From the IMG/VR virus record IMGVR_UViG_3300005330_000015, positions 1 through 64,000 of that record: a stretch of DNA of 64,000 nucleotides; one strand, written 5' to 3'. Within the stretch, counting starts at the first letter, position 1, and each line of letters begins with the position of its first letter. This DNA is from a virus. Lineage: Duplodnaviria; Caudoviricetes. Below the pieces are notes generated by a model, which was not told the origin of the DNA, ran no database searches, and worked only from the letters and a program-made list of their open reading frames with translations. Of the stretch, positions 52,327-64,000 are shown one piece after another. The position numbers and the translations under genes were made by a program.

Positions 52327-54065
52327 TGTCAGCCGGAACGATCACCATCGAAGGCGGTATGTTTCGCGTCACGTGCGCGCCTCACGTCGCCATTAAGCTC
52401 CAACGCGTCTTCGCGGGATCGCACCGCATCGGGGCTGGCAAGTTCGCCGTCAAGGCGACGGCTGCCGCTGCTCACGAACTCGAGTGGTTCCGGAAACGCT
52501 ACCCGCTCGACGTCGATTCGTCTGTCATGCGCGACTACCACAACCTCGTGGCGCATGAGGAGCGCCGGCAAGCAACAATCGCAGAGGTCGGACGCGAAGG
52601 CTACGAGCCGCGACAGTTCGTGCTTGCTGAGCCGGCCCGGGAGTACCAGCGCGTGGCAGCCGACCTCGCTCTCAGAACTCGAGGGCTCCTAGTCGCGGAT
52701 GATGTTGGAACTGGAAAGACCTACACCGCGATCTGTACATTGACAGACGCCGGATCACTGCCCGCAGTTATAGTCACAATGACTCACCTGCCAGGCCAGT
52801 GGAAAGCGCAGCTCAATCGGTTCGCGCCCGCGCTGCGTGTCCACATCATCAAGACGGGGCAGGCGTACCGATTCGACAAGCCGCGCTTCGAGCTTGTCGA
52901 CGGCAAGCGCCGTAAGGTTTCCTATGTACCTGATGTAGTGATCTTGAACTACCACAAGCTCGTCGGTTGGTGCGATCAGCTGGCTGGCTTCGTTCGGTCT
53001 ATCGTGTTTGACGAGGTACAAGAATTGCGTCACGACGGAACTAATAAGTACAACGCCGCAAAGGCGCTAGCGGACGCCTGCGATCTACGCATCGCATTAT
53101 CCGCGACGCCTGTGTATAACCTGGGCGACGAGATCTGGCCGATCCTCAACGTAGTTGCACCGGACATCCTCGGTGGGAAGGAAGAATTTCTTCGCGAATG
53201 GTGCGTCGTCGACGGCCAGAAACACCGCGTGCGCGAGCCGGCCGCGCTTGGTACCTATCTTCGATCGACTGGCGTGATGATTCGCAGGACGCGCAAGGAG
53301 GTCGGCCGCGAACTTCCCGGACTTACCGTCGTCCGTCTACCAGTCGAGGTCGATCCTGGTCGCATCAACGAGGCCGTTCGATCAGTCGCCGAGCTGGCTA
53401 GCCGCGTGCTCGCGCGCACCGGCACCAACTTCGAGCTCATGAAGTGGTCCGGCGAGATCGACTGGCGCATGCGGCAGGCAACCGGCATCGGCAAGGCCGC
53501 TGCGGTCGTTGACCACGTCAGGTTGCTAGTTGAGGCTGGTGAGCGCGTCCTGCTTGGAGGGTGGCATCACGAAGTGTATTCGCTCTGGTGCTCGGCGTTC
53601 GATCGTCATGGGGTGACGTGGGCGAAGTACACAGGCGAGGAATCCGACGCAGATAAGACCGAGAGCGTGCGGCGCTTCTTGGCCGGCGATGCCTCTGTGT
53701 TGATCATGTCCCTGCGCTCTGGTGCAGGTCTCGACGGTCTACAGTCGGTATGCCACACCGTGGTGATTGGAGAGCTCGACTGGTCACCTAAGGTACACGA
53801 GCAGTTCATCGGACGCCCGTACAGGGACGGCCAGACCGAGACTGTGACCGCCTACTACTGCGTCGCCGATGAGGGCTCCGATCCCGTCATCGCTGATGTG
53901 CTCGGTATCAAGGACGCGCAATCGACCGGCATCGTCGATCCGGATGCCGCTGCGGCTCCGATGCTTGCTGGTTCGCAGACCGACACCATCCGCAAGCTGG
54001 CCGCTGACGTGCTGGCTCGTGCCGGGATCTCGCACCACACGCAGCCACTGGAGCTTGTTTTGTGA
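52326..54065 (+). CDS. SNF2-family helicase
   Basis: ADDVGTGKT, FDEVQ, LSATP, Q.IGR.YRDGQ. Confidence 0.92.
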   Translation: MSAGTITIEGGMFRVTCAPHVAIKLQRVFAGSHRIGAGKFAVKATAAAAHELEWFRKRYPLDVDSSVMRDYHNLVAHEERRQATIAEVGREGYEPRQFVLAEPAREYQRVAADLALRTRGLLVADDVGTGKTYTAICTLTDAGSLPAVIVTMTHLPGQWKAQLNRFAPALRVHIIKTGQAYRFDKPRFELVDGKRRKVSYVPDVVILNYHKLVGWCDQLAGFVRSIVFDEVQELRHDGTNKYNAAKALADACDLRIALSATPVYNLGDEIWPILNVVAPDILGGKEEFLREWCVVDGQKHRVREPAALGTYLRSTGVMIRRTRKEVGRELPGLTVVRLPVEVDPGRINEAVRSVAELASRVLARTGTNFELMKWSGEIDWRMRQATGIGKAAAVVDHVRLLVEAGERVLLGGWHHEVYSLWCSAFDRHGVTWAKYTGEESDADKTESVRRFLAGDASVLIMSLRSGAGLDGLQSVCHTVVIGELDWSPKVHEQFIGRPYRDGQTETVTAYYCVADEGSDPVIADVLGIKDAQSTGIVDPDAAAAPMLAGSQTDTIRKLAADVLARAGISHHTQPLELVL

Positions 54066-54478
54066 AGTGCATCAAGTGCGGCTACGACGCTAATCAGTTC
54101 GTGACCGCGTCATGGTCGTTCGTGCTCGAACGCGAGCCCAAGTCACTCAACGCGCGCGTCGTAAACGTGGGCGCGAGCCGCTGGCGCTACGCAAAGGACC
54201 GCGACGCGTGGTCATGGCTCATCCGCGCGGCTCGACTTGAGCAACGGATCCCGCCGGCTCACGGCAAGCGCCGCATGACGTTGACGCGCATCTACGCGAA
54301 CGGTCAACGCGCAATCGATAAGGACAATCTTTCTGGTGGGATGAAAGGTTTGGTCGATGCGATCGTGCGCGAAAGGCTCATCCACGACGACGGCCCGGCT
54401 TGGCTTGAGCTCCATCACGCGCAGGAGCCAGGAGCCATCCGCTCGGTTCGCGTACTTATCGAAGATCTATCGCCATAG
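54062..54478 (+). CDS. RusA-like Holliday junction resolvase
   Basis: DKDNL...K.LVDA....LIHDD. Confidence 0.75.
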   Translation: MKCIKCGYDANQFVTASWSFVLEREPKSLNARVVNVGASRWRYAKDRDAWSWLIRAARLEQRIPPAHGKRRMTLTRIYANGQRAIDKDNLSGGMKGLVDAIVRERLIHDDGPAWLELHHAQEPGAIRSVRVLIEDLSP

Positions 54479-54763
54479 ACGGCCCACGATGCCTGATCAC
54501 CACCGCCGATGCCTCGCCAATCCGGATTCGCAACACCGTCGACGATCACCGGAGGTCGTGCGTGGGCGCGCGATCATGCTGGATCTCGGGAGCACGGTCG
54601 TGCAAGATATAAAAATCCAGCAGGCAGCAGGCCCACTGGATCCATCTTCCCGGCGCGGAGATGAGGGCGCACCAGAGATGTCCATCCATACCACATCCCT
54701 AAGACAGTTGACACCCCAGGCACGCACGATGTGTGCCGTTGACACCGGCAGCGAGGGCTCTCC

Positions 54764-55237
54764 ATGAGCGCTCAGCCCAGACGCTTGAGCTTCAAGCAAC
54801 CCGATCCCCCATCGGTTCTGCGACGTGTCGAGGTACAGGTTAGACCACCTCCAGCGCCGGCCAAGAAGATCGCGACCAACGCGAATCAAAGCACAGCGTT
54901 CGAGCCTAAGAACTGCTGCATGCAATGGCAGCGGCAGCTCAAGGAGCAGAAGAAGGTTCGCAAGGCGCGCGAGGCCGAGAAGCGGGCGCGCAAAAAGCAG
55001 GCTGCACGCGAGGCCAGGGACGAAGTACTTTCTCGGCTGCCGCATGGCTCACACTACGAAACGAGCTACGACGCGGCGAGCAAGACATGGAGCGGAGTAC
55101 TCGTCACGACGGTACGCGATGAGCGCGCGACGTTTTCAGCTACGCACACCGGCCTATTCAAGCTCTTGGCCAAGCTCGACGGGATGTATCGCGACGCGGT
55201 CGGGGCAGTTGCAACTACGACGGCGGACGTCACGTAA
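54764..55237 (+). CDS. Hypothetical protein
   Basis: Abuts the HNH gene. Confidence 0.7.
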   Translation: MSAQPRRLSFKQPDPPSVLRRVEVQVRPPPAPAKKIATNANQSTAFEPKNCCMQWQRQLKEQKKVRKAREAEKRARKKQAAREARDEVLSRLPHGSHYETSYDAASKTWSGVLVTTVRDERATFSATHTGLFKLLAKLDGMYRDAVGAVATTTADVT

Positions 55238-56018
55238 ATGGCGCGCAAACGCAAGAGCCTTCCGGTTTCGCTCCGGTTCGAAGTTTTCAAGCGCGACTCA
55301 TTCACTTGCCAATACTGCGGACGGCGTGCGCCTGATGTCGTGCTTGAGCTCGAGCACATCAACCCAGTCAGCAAGGGTGGTAGCGACGAGCTCCTGAATC
55401 TCATAACGTCGTGCTGGCAGTGCAATAGTGGCAAGGGCGATCGCCTACTCTCCGATGATGCCGTATTGGTTAGACAGCACGCGCAACTAGCCGAGTTGCA
55501 AGAACGGCGAGCCCAGCTTGATATGCTTCTGAAATGGCGAGATGGCAACGCTGACCTCGTCTCACAGCAGGTCGAAGCATTTTGCGAGCAATGGAAGAAG
55601 GTCGTTCCAGGATGGACCATCAATGAGTCCGGGAAGCCCGATGTCGTTCGTCTCATCAAGAAGCATGGCATCGCTCGCGTTCTCGAGGCACTCGATGGAG
55701 CTGCGGCATACAAACTCCGGCTGTCATCGGGCGTAATAGACGCCGACGTCGTCGAGGGCATTTTTGGCCTCGTATTCATCATGGCTGAGCCCGACGACGT
55801 TCAGAGACTATACCGACTACGCGCACGCATCCGCCGAACCTGGAATTACGTACACGATGGGATCTGCATCACCTTACTCCGCCGCGTGCTCGTCGCTGGC
55901 GTCAGCATTGCTCAGATCGAGAGCGAATGCTCTCGCATGATGGCCGAGCGCAGCACGAGCTTTCGCTGGTGGCAGACGCAGATAGAAATATGGCTCGCCG
56001 ACCTCGCCGAGGGGCAAC

Positions 56019-56026
<8 letters not shown>
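55238..56026 (+). CDS. HNH endonuclease
   Basis: RFEVFKRD.FTCQYCG, EHINPVSKGG, NLITSC..CN.GK. Confidence 0.9.
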
Positions 56027-57148
<1,122 letters not shown>

Positions 57149-57152
<4 letters not shown>

Positions 57153-57724
57153 CGCCAAGCGAACGAAAGAAAATCCAAGCCGTCTTGATGGCTGCTTTCC
57201 CAAACTCGCCGTTTACCGACGAGCTTTGGGAGCGCGTCATCGGCGATCTCGACTACACGCTCGTCGGCGCGGCCATCGACCGGCATGTTGCGACCAACAA
57301 GTGGCCGCCGACGCCGGCGGAGATTCGCGAAGCTGCACTTGCGTTGGTAATCGGCGAGACGCGAGCTGGAGGATCGGCGTGGGGCGATGCCGTTAAGGCG
57401 ATCAAGCGTTACGGATATATGCGAACGCCTGGCGTTGACTTCACGTTCGATGATCCACTGGTCGCAGAAACTGTGTCGGCCATGGTGTGGCTCGATCTCT
57501 GCTCGTCAGAAAACCAGGTCGCCGATCGCGCGCGGTTTACCGAGCTCTACGACCACCTCGCCGCGACACGACGACGATCGCAGCTCAGCGAGGGACTACC
57601 GGCCGTCAAGGAACTCCGTGCTGCGCAGGCCCGGCAATCTCTCTCTACCGGCAAGGCGATATCATTCGCCGAGGTCTCAGCGAACTTGATGAAACGCATA
57701 TCCGGCCCCGGCGGTGAGCCGTGA
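57149..57724 (+). CDS. Replicative helicase loader/inhibitor (G39P-like)
   Basis: W...IGDLDY, KWPPTPAEIRE, AWG....AI..YG, RARF..Y. Confidence 0.8.
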
Positions 57725-58911
57725 CGCGTGACTTGACCGAGTTCATGCACGCCGAGCTCGCGCGCAACGCTGGCATCGTGCTCGATGCACCTATCAACGA
57801 GCTGGCCCATCATGTCGTGCATGAAGAGTTGGAGCTTCCGGTTGACCGAGATCTCGTGAGGAAGATCCTTCGCGCGCAAGGCGCACCCGATGACGACCTA
57901 GAATGGTTGACAATGTCATGTCCGAGCCTGCAGGATGCCGAAATGTATCGACCTCCCCCGCGCTATGCATGGTGCATCGAATGTAACGGCGTTCAGCCCT
58001 CGGACGTCAATGGGTGTATTCCATGTATGAGCTCGGTAGAATGAGCAAGCTTGACGACATCATGGCGTCGCGCGATCTCCGCACGTACGAGACGTTCGAG
58101 CTCACCGGAGAGCAATTCGAGGCTCGACTTGAGGCCGTTATGATCGCGCTCTCCGAGCTCGAGGGCGAGCCGAGGTTGCCGCGATGACACGACGCTCGCT
58201 CGTCACGTCGAGTCGCGAGACCGCTGCGCGCGCGGTCGTTGTTCGTCTCAACCCAAAGCGCAGATCGCTTGGGACGGCGCCGCCCGTCTACGTGACCGAC
58301 GGCATCGAGATCCCGAAGCGTAAGCGCCGCATACTCCTGGATATCTGTCCGGATACACTGACGGTTCTGCTTCGATGCGTGCGAGGAGAGCTCGATAATG
58401 CAAGTGCCGACGGAGAATTGGTCGAGCGCCTCTTGATTAAGGCGCTTGAGGGCTCGCGATGAGCCGGTTCCTTCCAGCTGACCCGTTTTATCGATCGCTA
58501 GCCGAGGCTGAATCGCGGGAACGCATCGAGCGGCTTGTCGCATTGGACCGCGAGCGGTACGCGCGACAGATGGCAGCGAGGCCACTACCGGTGATGAGGA
58601 CGATGGACGATGAACCGCTTCCAATCCTTCTGGTGGTATCAGGTTCGCAGCTGGCGTCGGCTGTTCGCGATCCGACGCAAGACCGTCGTGCTCCACGCGC
58701 CGATCGAATCTAGCCACCCATCCTCGCTATGCCTCTGCCTCGGCTTCGCGCCGAACCACCAGGCGGCGATCAACATCGACCATCAACCGGAATGCCCATG
58801 GCTCTCCGCGATGTGCAAGAGCTGCGGCGGTACTGGTTGGTGTCACCATTGTAGCGGTGATGGCTGCGAACCTAGAGGCCAACAGGCCGTGCCCATTCTA
58901 GCGGATTAGTA

Positions 58912-59589
58912 ATGAAGACATATTACGACGACGGGATCGCTAAGATCTACCTCGGTGACTGCGCCGAGATCGCACCAACGCTCGGCCACTTTGACCTGCT
59001 CTGCACGGACCCGCCGTATGGGATCGGGGCTACCCGCAAGGCAGCGAACCGCGGGCGAGTCCGCAAGGGGGTTGGGGTTGTCGCGTTCAATTACGAGCCA
59101 TCCGAGTGGGATGACGCTCCGCCAAGCGACGCGCTTCTAGCTGACCTTCGATCGCACGCAACACGGCAATGCATTTTCGGCGGAAATTACTTCGCTCTAC
59201 CGCCGTCCAGTTGCTGGCTAGTTTGGGACAAGGAGAACGGTGTCAGCGATTTCGCCGACGCTGAGCTTGCTTGGACTAATTACGACGCGGCCGTACGGCT
59301 AAAGCGACACCGCTGGTCTGGCTATTTACAGGCCGATATGGCTCGTAAGGAGGAGCGTGTCCATCCCACCCAGAAACCGCTTGCCGTGATGTCTTGGGTG
59401 ATCGGACTGTGCCCGGAGAAGCCGTCATCCGTGTTCGATCCGTTCATGGGCTCGGGCACTACTTTACGTGCTTGCAAAGACCTCGGGATCCGGTGCGTTG
59501 GCATCGAACGCGAGGAGAAGTACTGCGAGATCGCAGCGCGTCGACTCGGACAGTGCGTTTTGTCATTCGATGGTGCAGTGCTAAAGTGA
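58912..59589 (+). CDS. DNA N6A/N4C methyltransferase (beta class)
   Basis: TDPPYG, HPTQKP, DPFMGSGTT. Confidence 0.95.
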   Translation: MKTYYDDGIAKIYLGDCAEIAPTLGHFDLLCTDPPYGIGATRKAANRGRVRKGVGVVAFNYEPSEWDDAPPSDALLADLRSHATRQCIFGGNYFALPPSSCWLVWDKENGVSDFADAELAWTNYDAAVRLKRHRWSGYLQADMARKEERVHPTQKPLAVMSWVIGLCPEKPSSVFDPFMGSGTTLRACKDLGIRCVGIEREEKYCEIAARRLGQCVLSFDGAVLK

Positions 59590-59845
59590 CAACGTTAGAT
59601 CTCGAGATTCGGTGGAGTAAGCGCGAACGTGCACTACTTTACGCTGGCTGCAAGGCGACCGGCGGCATGCTCTCGCATTTTCTTGAAGGCGTGAAGCTCA
59701 TCGATGCGTACGGCTTGCGCGATGGCCTGGCTGCAAAGCTGCATTATAAGAACGCTAGCGACGAGCGCACGCTTGCACAGGAACTTGACGCGCGCGGTTA
59801 CGACCTGACCACGTTACGTTTTTCGATCCGCAAGAAAGTTACGCC

Positions 59846-60184
59846 ATGACGAACATCCAGTTGGATCTCGAAGACCTCGAACGCAAGGCACGTGCTGCAT
59901 TTACTGGGCCATGGACCGCTGCAAACTCGAATCCATCGGATTACTGCGCAGTCCTCTACGACGACAACACCGGAGATATGTACGAAGTATGCGACGATTG
60001 CACGCCAGTGACCGCGTCGCACATCGCGGCGAATAGTCCGCCGGTGACGCTTGCGCTCATCGCACGCATTCGCCGCCTCGAAGAGGAGCTCGCTCGCGCC
60101 GCTGGCATCGCTCGGGCGCATGGCGAGAACGCGTACGCCGAGGACTTCATGCACGTCGCACAGGATCGCGAGATTTTACCGTGA
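59846..60184 (+). CDS. Ead/Ea22-like protein
   Basis: GPW...HIAANSPPVTLALIARIR. Confidence 0.75.
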   Translation: MTNIQLDLEDLERKARAAFTGPWTAANSNPSDYCAVLYDDNTGDMYEVCDDCTPVTASHIAANSPPVTLALIARIRRLEEELARAAGIARAHGENAYAEDFMHVAQDREILP

Positions 60185-60693
60185 CTAATTACTCAAGCCT
60201 TTCGCTAGTCGCTGACAACATATTCATCGTCAACGAACAATGTCTCTGCCGTCGCACCTCCGAATGGTGCGGCGAGTGTTTTGATGGCGAGCGTGCAGGC
60301 GGATATGTCGACCTCAATCCCGTTCTTCACGGCATCGCGACCACCGCAGCTCTCGTGCTCGCGTTTCGCCTTGGTGACGCGTACGGATGGGACATGGCCA
60401 ACGACGAAGACCAGACCACCGATGCGTGGCGACCGAACTCAGAAGGGCGAGCGATATGACGCTAGCCACTTGCGAGCACTGCAATTGCCGAGGCCGGCGC
60501 GCTCTAACGGCTCTTGAGCAGACAGCGTTAGACGCCGTGCGGCTGACGTGGAGGACGACCGCGGATGTATTGCGGGCGATCCCTGGTAGAACCGTCCACG
60601 TGGAACAGCACTTCTTAACCGCTTGACCGACCTCCAACGGCTGGGCCTGATCCAGCGAGCGACCGACAACAAAGAACACCTCTGGAGACGAAT

Positions 60694-61875
60694 ATGAAGC
60701 AACCAGCCGCCATCGTAGAAGACCAGCGCGACCATCACGCCCGCACAGTGCGCGCCGCCCAGCGTTCCCTGACCGCATCGCAACAGCAGGAAGCCAAGGC
60801 ATCGGAGCAGCACAACAAGGCCCGCGAGAGCCTCGACGACGCACGGCAGAAGACCGCGCATGCGCGCATGGAGCTTGGCCGAGCGCTCGCCGCTGCGAGG
60901 AAGATGTTCCCTCGCTCTGGCGTCAACGCGAAGGGCTGGACCGAGTTCCTGGCCGAGATCGGCATGGATCCCGACGTGGCCGACGTGGCGATGAAGTACG
61001 CCGCGCACATCGACGACGACCCGGCTTTCTCCGGTACATCCGAGGATGCACCGGAAGAACGACGCCTACCCACGCTGCGCGAAGCCGGCCTCGACTCGCG
61101 ACCACGTGCTAGCGAACGTACGCGCGAAGACAAGCGCGACGACCAGGACGAGGAGAAGCCCGAACGCTCGACGACGGCCGCGACATCACGCGCTATACCG
61201 ATGTCCGAGACCGAGCTACTAGACGCGCTGTCCATCGCCACACCACAAATCCGTGCGCGCGTCATCCGCGCTACAAAAATCAAGATGCTTGATGACGGCG
61301 ACAAGAAACGCGACGGCTGGTGCACGAGCGACAAGTGGGCACAAGCCATTGGGCCTATCGACCTCGATCCGTTCTGCGGCCCTTACTCGATGATCGCTGC
61401 GGCGATCAAGTGCATGCGCGAGAATGACGGTGACGGGTTCGGTGGTGGGCAGCCTGGCATGATCCCCGGCTCGTACCTCGTCGGCACGAGCCTTGGCTGC
61501 GAGGCCGAGCGCGGCTTGGCCACCAAGGAGACCTTGGTCTTCTTGCGCCCACCGAGCAACCTGGTGCTCGATGCTGTCGCGCATTACGGCCATACCCGGT
61601 TCGTCGCCGTGCTTCCCTGGGCGCCCTATGCCGAGTGGTTCGAGCGCCTATGGCCGCTCTGCGAGGTCGTGTGCCATCCGCTCGAGCGCATTGGGTTAAT
61701 GCCGCCGCCTGACGTGTCGGATCCCGAGTTTCACGATCCGCACCCCCACGCGCTGTTCTACCGGCGCGCGTCGGATGTGACCGACGCGGTGCGAGAGCTC
61801 TGCATCGTCATCACCGTGGACCATGGACGTTCCGATCCGACGAGGATGCAGCAGACGTTGCGACTCGTGAAGTAG
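60694..61875 (+). CDS. DUF3102-like domain fused to a degenerate phage Dam-like methyltransferase
   Basis: ELG..L..A....W..FL N-terminus; DGWCT, DLDP; RPPS at the NPPY position. Confidence 0.6.
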   Translation: MKQPAAIVEDQRDHHARTVRAAQRSLTASQQQEAKASEQHNKARESLDDARQKTAHARMELGRALAAARKMFPRSGVNAKGWTEFLAEIGMDPDVADVAMKYAAHIDDDPAFSGTSEDAPEERRLPTLREAGLDSRPRASERTREDKRDDQDEEKPERSTTAATSRAIPMSETELLDALSIATPQIRARVIRATKIKMLDDGDKKRDGWCTSDKWAQAIGPIDLDPFCGPYSMIAAAIKCMRENDGDGFGGGQPGMIPGSYLVGTSLGCEAERGLATKETLVFLRPPSNLVLDAVAHYGHTRFVAVLPWAPYAEWFERLWPLCEVVCHPLERIGLMPPPDVSDPEFHDPHPHALFYRRASDVTDAVRELCIVITVDHGRSDPTRMQQTLRLVK

Positions 61876-61887
61876 GCGACGAATTGC

Positions 61888-61916
61888 GTTGACACCGTCA
61901 ACGCGTGCGATATGAT
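61888..61916 (+). promoter_or_regulatory. Palindrome GTTGAC-ACC-GTCAAC with promoter
   Basis: TTGACA-16-TATGAT-9-ATG(61926). Confidence 0.8.
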
Positions 61917-61925
61917 AGGTGCGTC

Positions 61926-62681
61926 ATGAATAAACGCGAGTTTATTGCGAGGCTGCGGTGGTTTGCCTATAACCAGGGTGGCGGGCTCGAAGACGAATAT
62001 GGGCATCCAGACTACGCGCCATCACGAGGCGAGACAACTCTCGCCGCAATGTTCGCGACGTGGCTCGATGGATCCGTTCCGGACGGGGATGACTACCGAC
62101 AGTGGGTGCTCGACGTTCCGAAGTACGTCGTTGAGGCATACGCCGACTTCTCCGCCGATCCAAAATTGGAAGCCGAGCGGCTCGCTTACCGCACGGAGAC
62201 GGGGTGTGATATCCCGGATCTCGTCGATGCGCACGCGGGTGGCCTCCATCGCACGCTGGTCGCGCACAGCGTATGCCGACTGCTTCCGCTGCTCGCTAAG
62301 GCACCCTGGCTCAAAGCCATGCTGGAGTCGACGCTGGGCGCACAGATGGCGGTGATCGACCACGCGTGGCGCCGCTTCGTGCGTGTCGCCTATCGCAAGT
62401 TGATGCCGCGCATCAAGGCCGAGCGCCACCACGGCAACGCCGGCATGTTCGGCACCACCAAACTGATGACCTTCGACTGCGCCGGCCGCGTGATGTTCAC
62501 ATTTCAGCGAGACTCGGGTCAGATCACTTACGTCGCCGACGCGAGTGACATGTATGGTAACCGCTCGGGGCCGAACGCACCGGGCGCGCCGTATGCAGAA
62601 TGCGTCGCGATGATCGAGGACGTCATTGCTCACTGGGACATCGACAAGCTGCAGCCCAGCGACGCCGTGGAGATCGGATGA
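61926..62681 (+). CDS. Hypothetical protein
   Basis: Start MNKREFIARL after the promoter. Confidence 0.75.
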   Translation: MNKREFIARLRWFAYNQGGGLEDEYGHPDYAPSRGETTLAAMFATWLDGSVPDGDDYRQWVLDVPKYVVEAYADFSADPKLEAERLAYRTETGCDIPDLVDAHAGGLHRTLVAHSVCRLLPLLAKAPWLKAMLESTLGAQMAVIDHAWRRFVRVAYRKLMPRIKAERHHGNAGMFGTTKLMTFDCAGRVMFTFQRDSGQITYVADASDMYGNRSGPNAPGAPYAECVAMIEDVIAHWDIDKLQPSDAVEIG

Positions 62682-62987
62682 TCATCGCTATCACGTCAAC
62701 GTCTGCTGTGTCGAGCACTGAGGAAGCGCCATGACAACCAAGATCAAGCTCACCGACCCAAAGCAGCTCGATTGGGAAGCTGCGCAGAATGCAGCTTCCG
62801 AGATTGTGAAGATCTGCCAGAACGCCGGGTTCACCGCGCCAGAAGATCTTGAAGTTCATCATGGCCATGTCGTCCGCGTGTGCGAACAGTTGAACACGAT
62901 CGTGGCCGCGCTCTGCCTCCAAGGCCCGGGTAGTGCTCCGTGACCAGTCGACTTAGCGCGCACAAGAAAAGAAGGCCGGAGAAATAA

Positions 62988-64000
62988 ATGAACATCGACC
63001 TCGATAAGATCGAAGCTTACGCGCGTAGCGCAGACGGCACAGGCGACCCAGCCTTGCTCGCGCTCGTGCGTGACGTGCGAGCTGGCGATGCTTCCGCAAA
63101 GCTCACGCTCGAGCATCGGCTTGCGGTGATGCACCTGTCCGGCGACGGCGTACTGCTAGCTACACATCCGATCCGCGAGCGCGCGCTAGCGTATGCTGAA
63201 CGCGAAGGCGTGGCGCAAAGCATGGACCGTCGCATCCGCGAAGCTTACGTTGCCGGCGCAAAGGAGACTACGGTGGAGCTTGGTGCTCGTACGCGCGAGC
63301 TCGAGGAAGTAACTACCAAGCGCGATGAGCTCGCTTTGCAGAATTCGGCCCTCATGGGAGAGGTCGCAAGAGCGTTGGATCGAATCGAGCAATCCGATCG
63401 TAGTTGGCGCGAAGCCGACGCCCAGTGTGAACGCCTTGCCGCTGAGAAGCTTTCTCTGACCTCGCAGCTTGCGGCGACGCGGAGCATGCATAGCGGACGG
63501 GAAGTGGAGGATCTTCGTCGGCAGCTACATGCGCTTCTCGCTATCAATGCGAAGCTAGAGGCCGACGCCGCGCAGCGCATACGGATGAGCCCAACAACTG
63601 ACGAGATCGCCACGCTACGGGAACGCAACGCCGAGCTGGAATCAGACCTCGCGAAGCTGAGCGCGCACACAAACGACGTCAGCGGTCGCCTCGTTGCAAT
63701 GACTGACGTCGCAGCGAAGTCCTCTACCGAGGCGAGCGCGGCCCTCGAGAGAGAGGGGCGCACCAACGCCGCACTCCGCGAGGCCTATGCTCGAATCGAG
63801 TGGCTCATCGGCGACGCCATAAACCATGACCGAACGCCTAGACGTGTTGCGACGCCTATCGCGAGCGGTATGGCGCCAGATCAGATCGCCGACCGTATTC
63901 GCATAGCACGTAAGGGACCCACGTGGAATGGACTCGAGCACCCGTTCGCCGTGGCCCTTGTGGCGCTGGCCGATCTCGTGATCGATGCGATGGTGTGCGA
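62988..64000 (+). CDS. Coiled-coil protein, truncated by the window end (not in the ORF track)
   Basis: GGAGA RBS, ATG 62988, open frame read by hand to the window end. Confidence 0.75.
   Translation, partial: MNIDLDKIEAYARSADGTGDPALLALVRDVRAGDASAKLTLEHRLAVMHLSGDGVLLATHPIRERALAYAEREGVAQSMDRRIREAYVAGAKETTVELGARTRELEEVTTKRDELALQNSALMGEVARALDRIEQSDRSWREADAQCERLAAEKLSLTSQLAATRSMHSGREVEDLRRQLHALLAINAKLEADAAQRIRMSPTTDEIATLRERNAELESDLAKLSAHTNDVSGRLVAMTDVAAKSSTEASAALEREGRTNAALREAYARIEWLIGDAINHDRTPRRVATPIASGMAPDQIADRIRIARKGPTWNGLEHPFAVALVALADLVIDAMVC

Overview
The whole window is the genome of a high-GC (roughly 63-65% by eye) tailed dsDNA phage or prophage. It shows no host housekeeping genes, integrase or CRISPR array. 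Positions 1-50.5 kb are mostly minus-strand and 50.6-64 kb are plus-strand, diverging at an XRE/Cro-like gene. The minus arm carries packaging and neck genes in canonical order (terS 38.5 kb, terL 23-25 kb, portal 10.5-12 kb, head-tail connector 7 kb, head closure 1.5 kb), but they are separated by 3-14 kb blocks of small ORFs, and no capsid or protease gene is recognisable. It also carries a YqaJ exonuclease with a putative annealing protein, an SF2 helicase, an Rnl2-type RNA ligase, tRNA-Val(UAC), a Roadblock/LC7-like protein and a tandem HiPIP-like protein. The plus arm holds PD-(D/E)XK, SNF2, RusA, HNH, replication initiator, helicase loader and two methyltransferase-family genes. The most striking non-coding signal is the palindrome TTGAC-N3-GTCAA, found as 8 perfect and 6 near-perfect copies. 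It mostly sits at gene-block boundaries and often acts as the -35 box of apparently leaderless promoters. Other non-coding signals are a shared upstream motif for terL and portal, a 57-bp dispersed repeat, and a ~300-nt highly structured gap at 45.2-45.5 kb that is a candidate ncRNA. Several frameshifts, an in-frame stop and gene fragments suggest decay or assembly errors. All family assignments are from motif recognition by eye; no database search was run.
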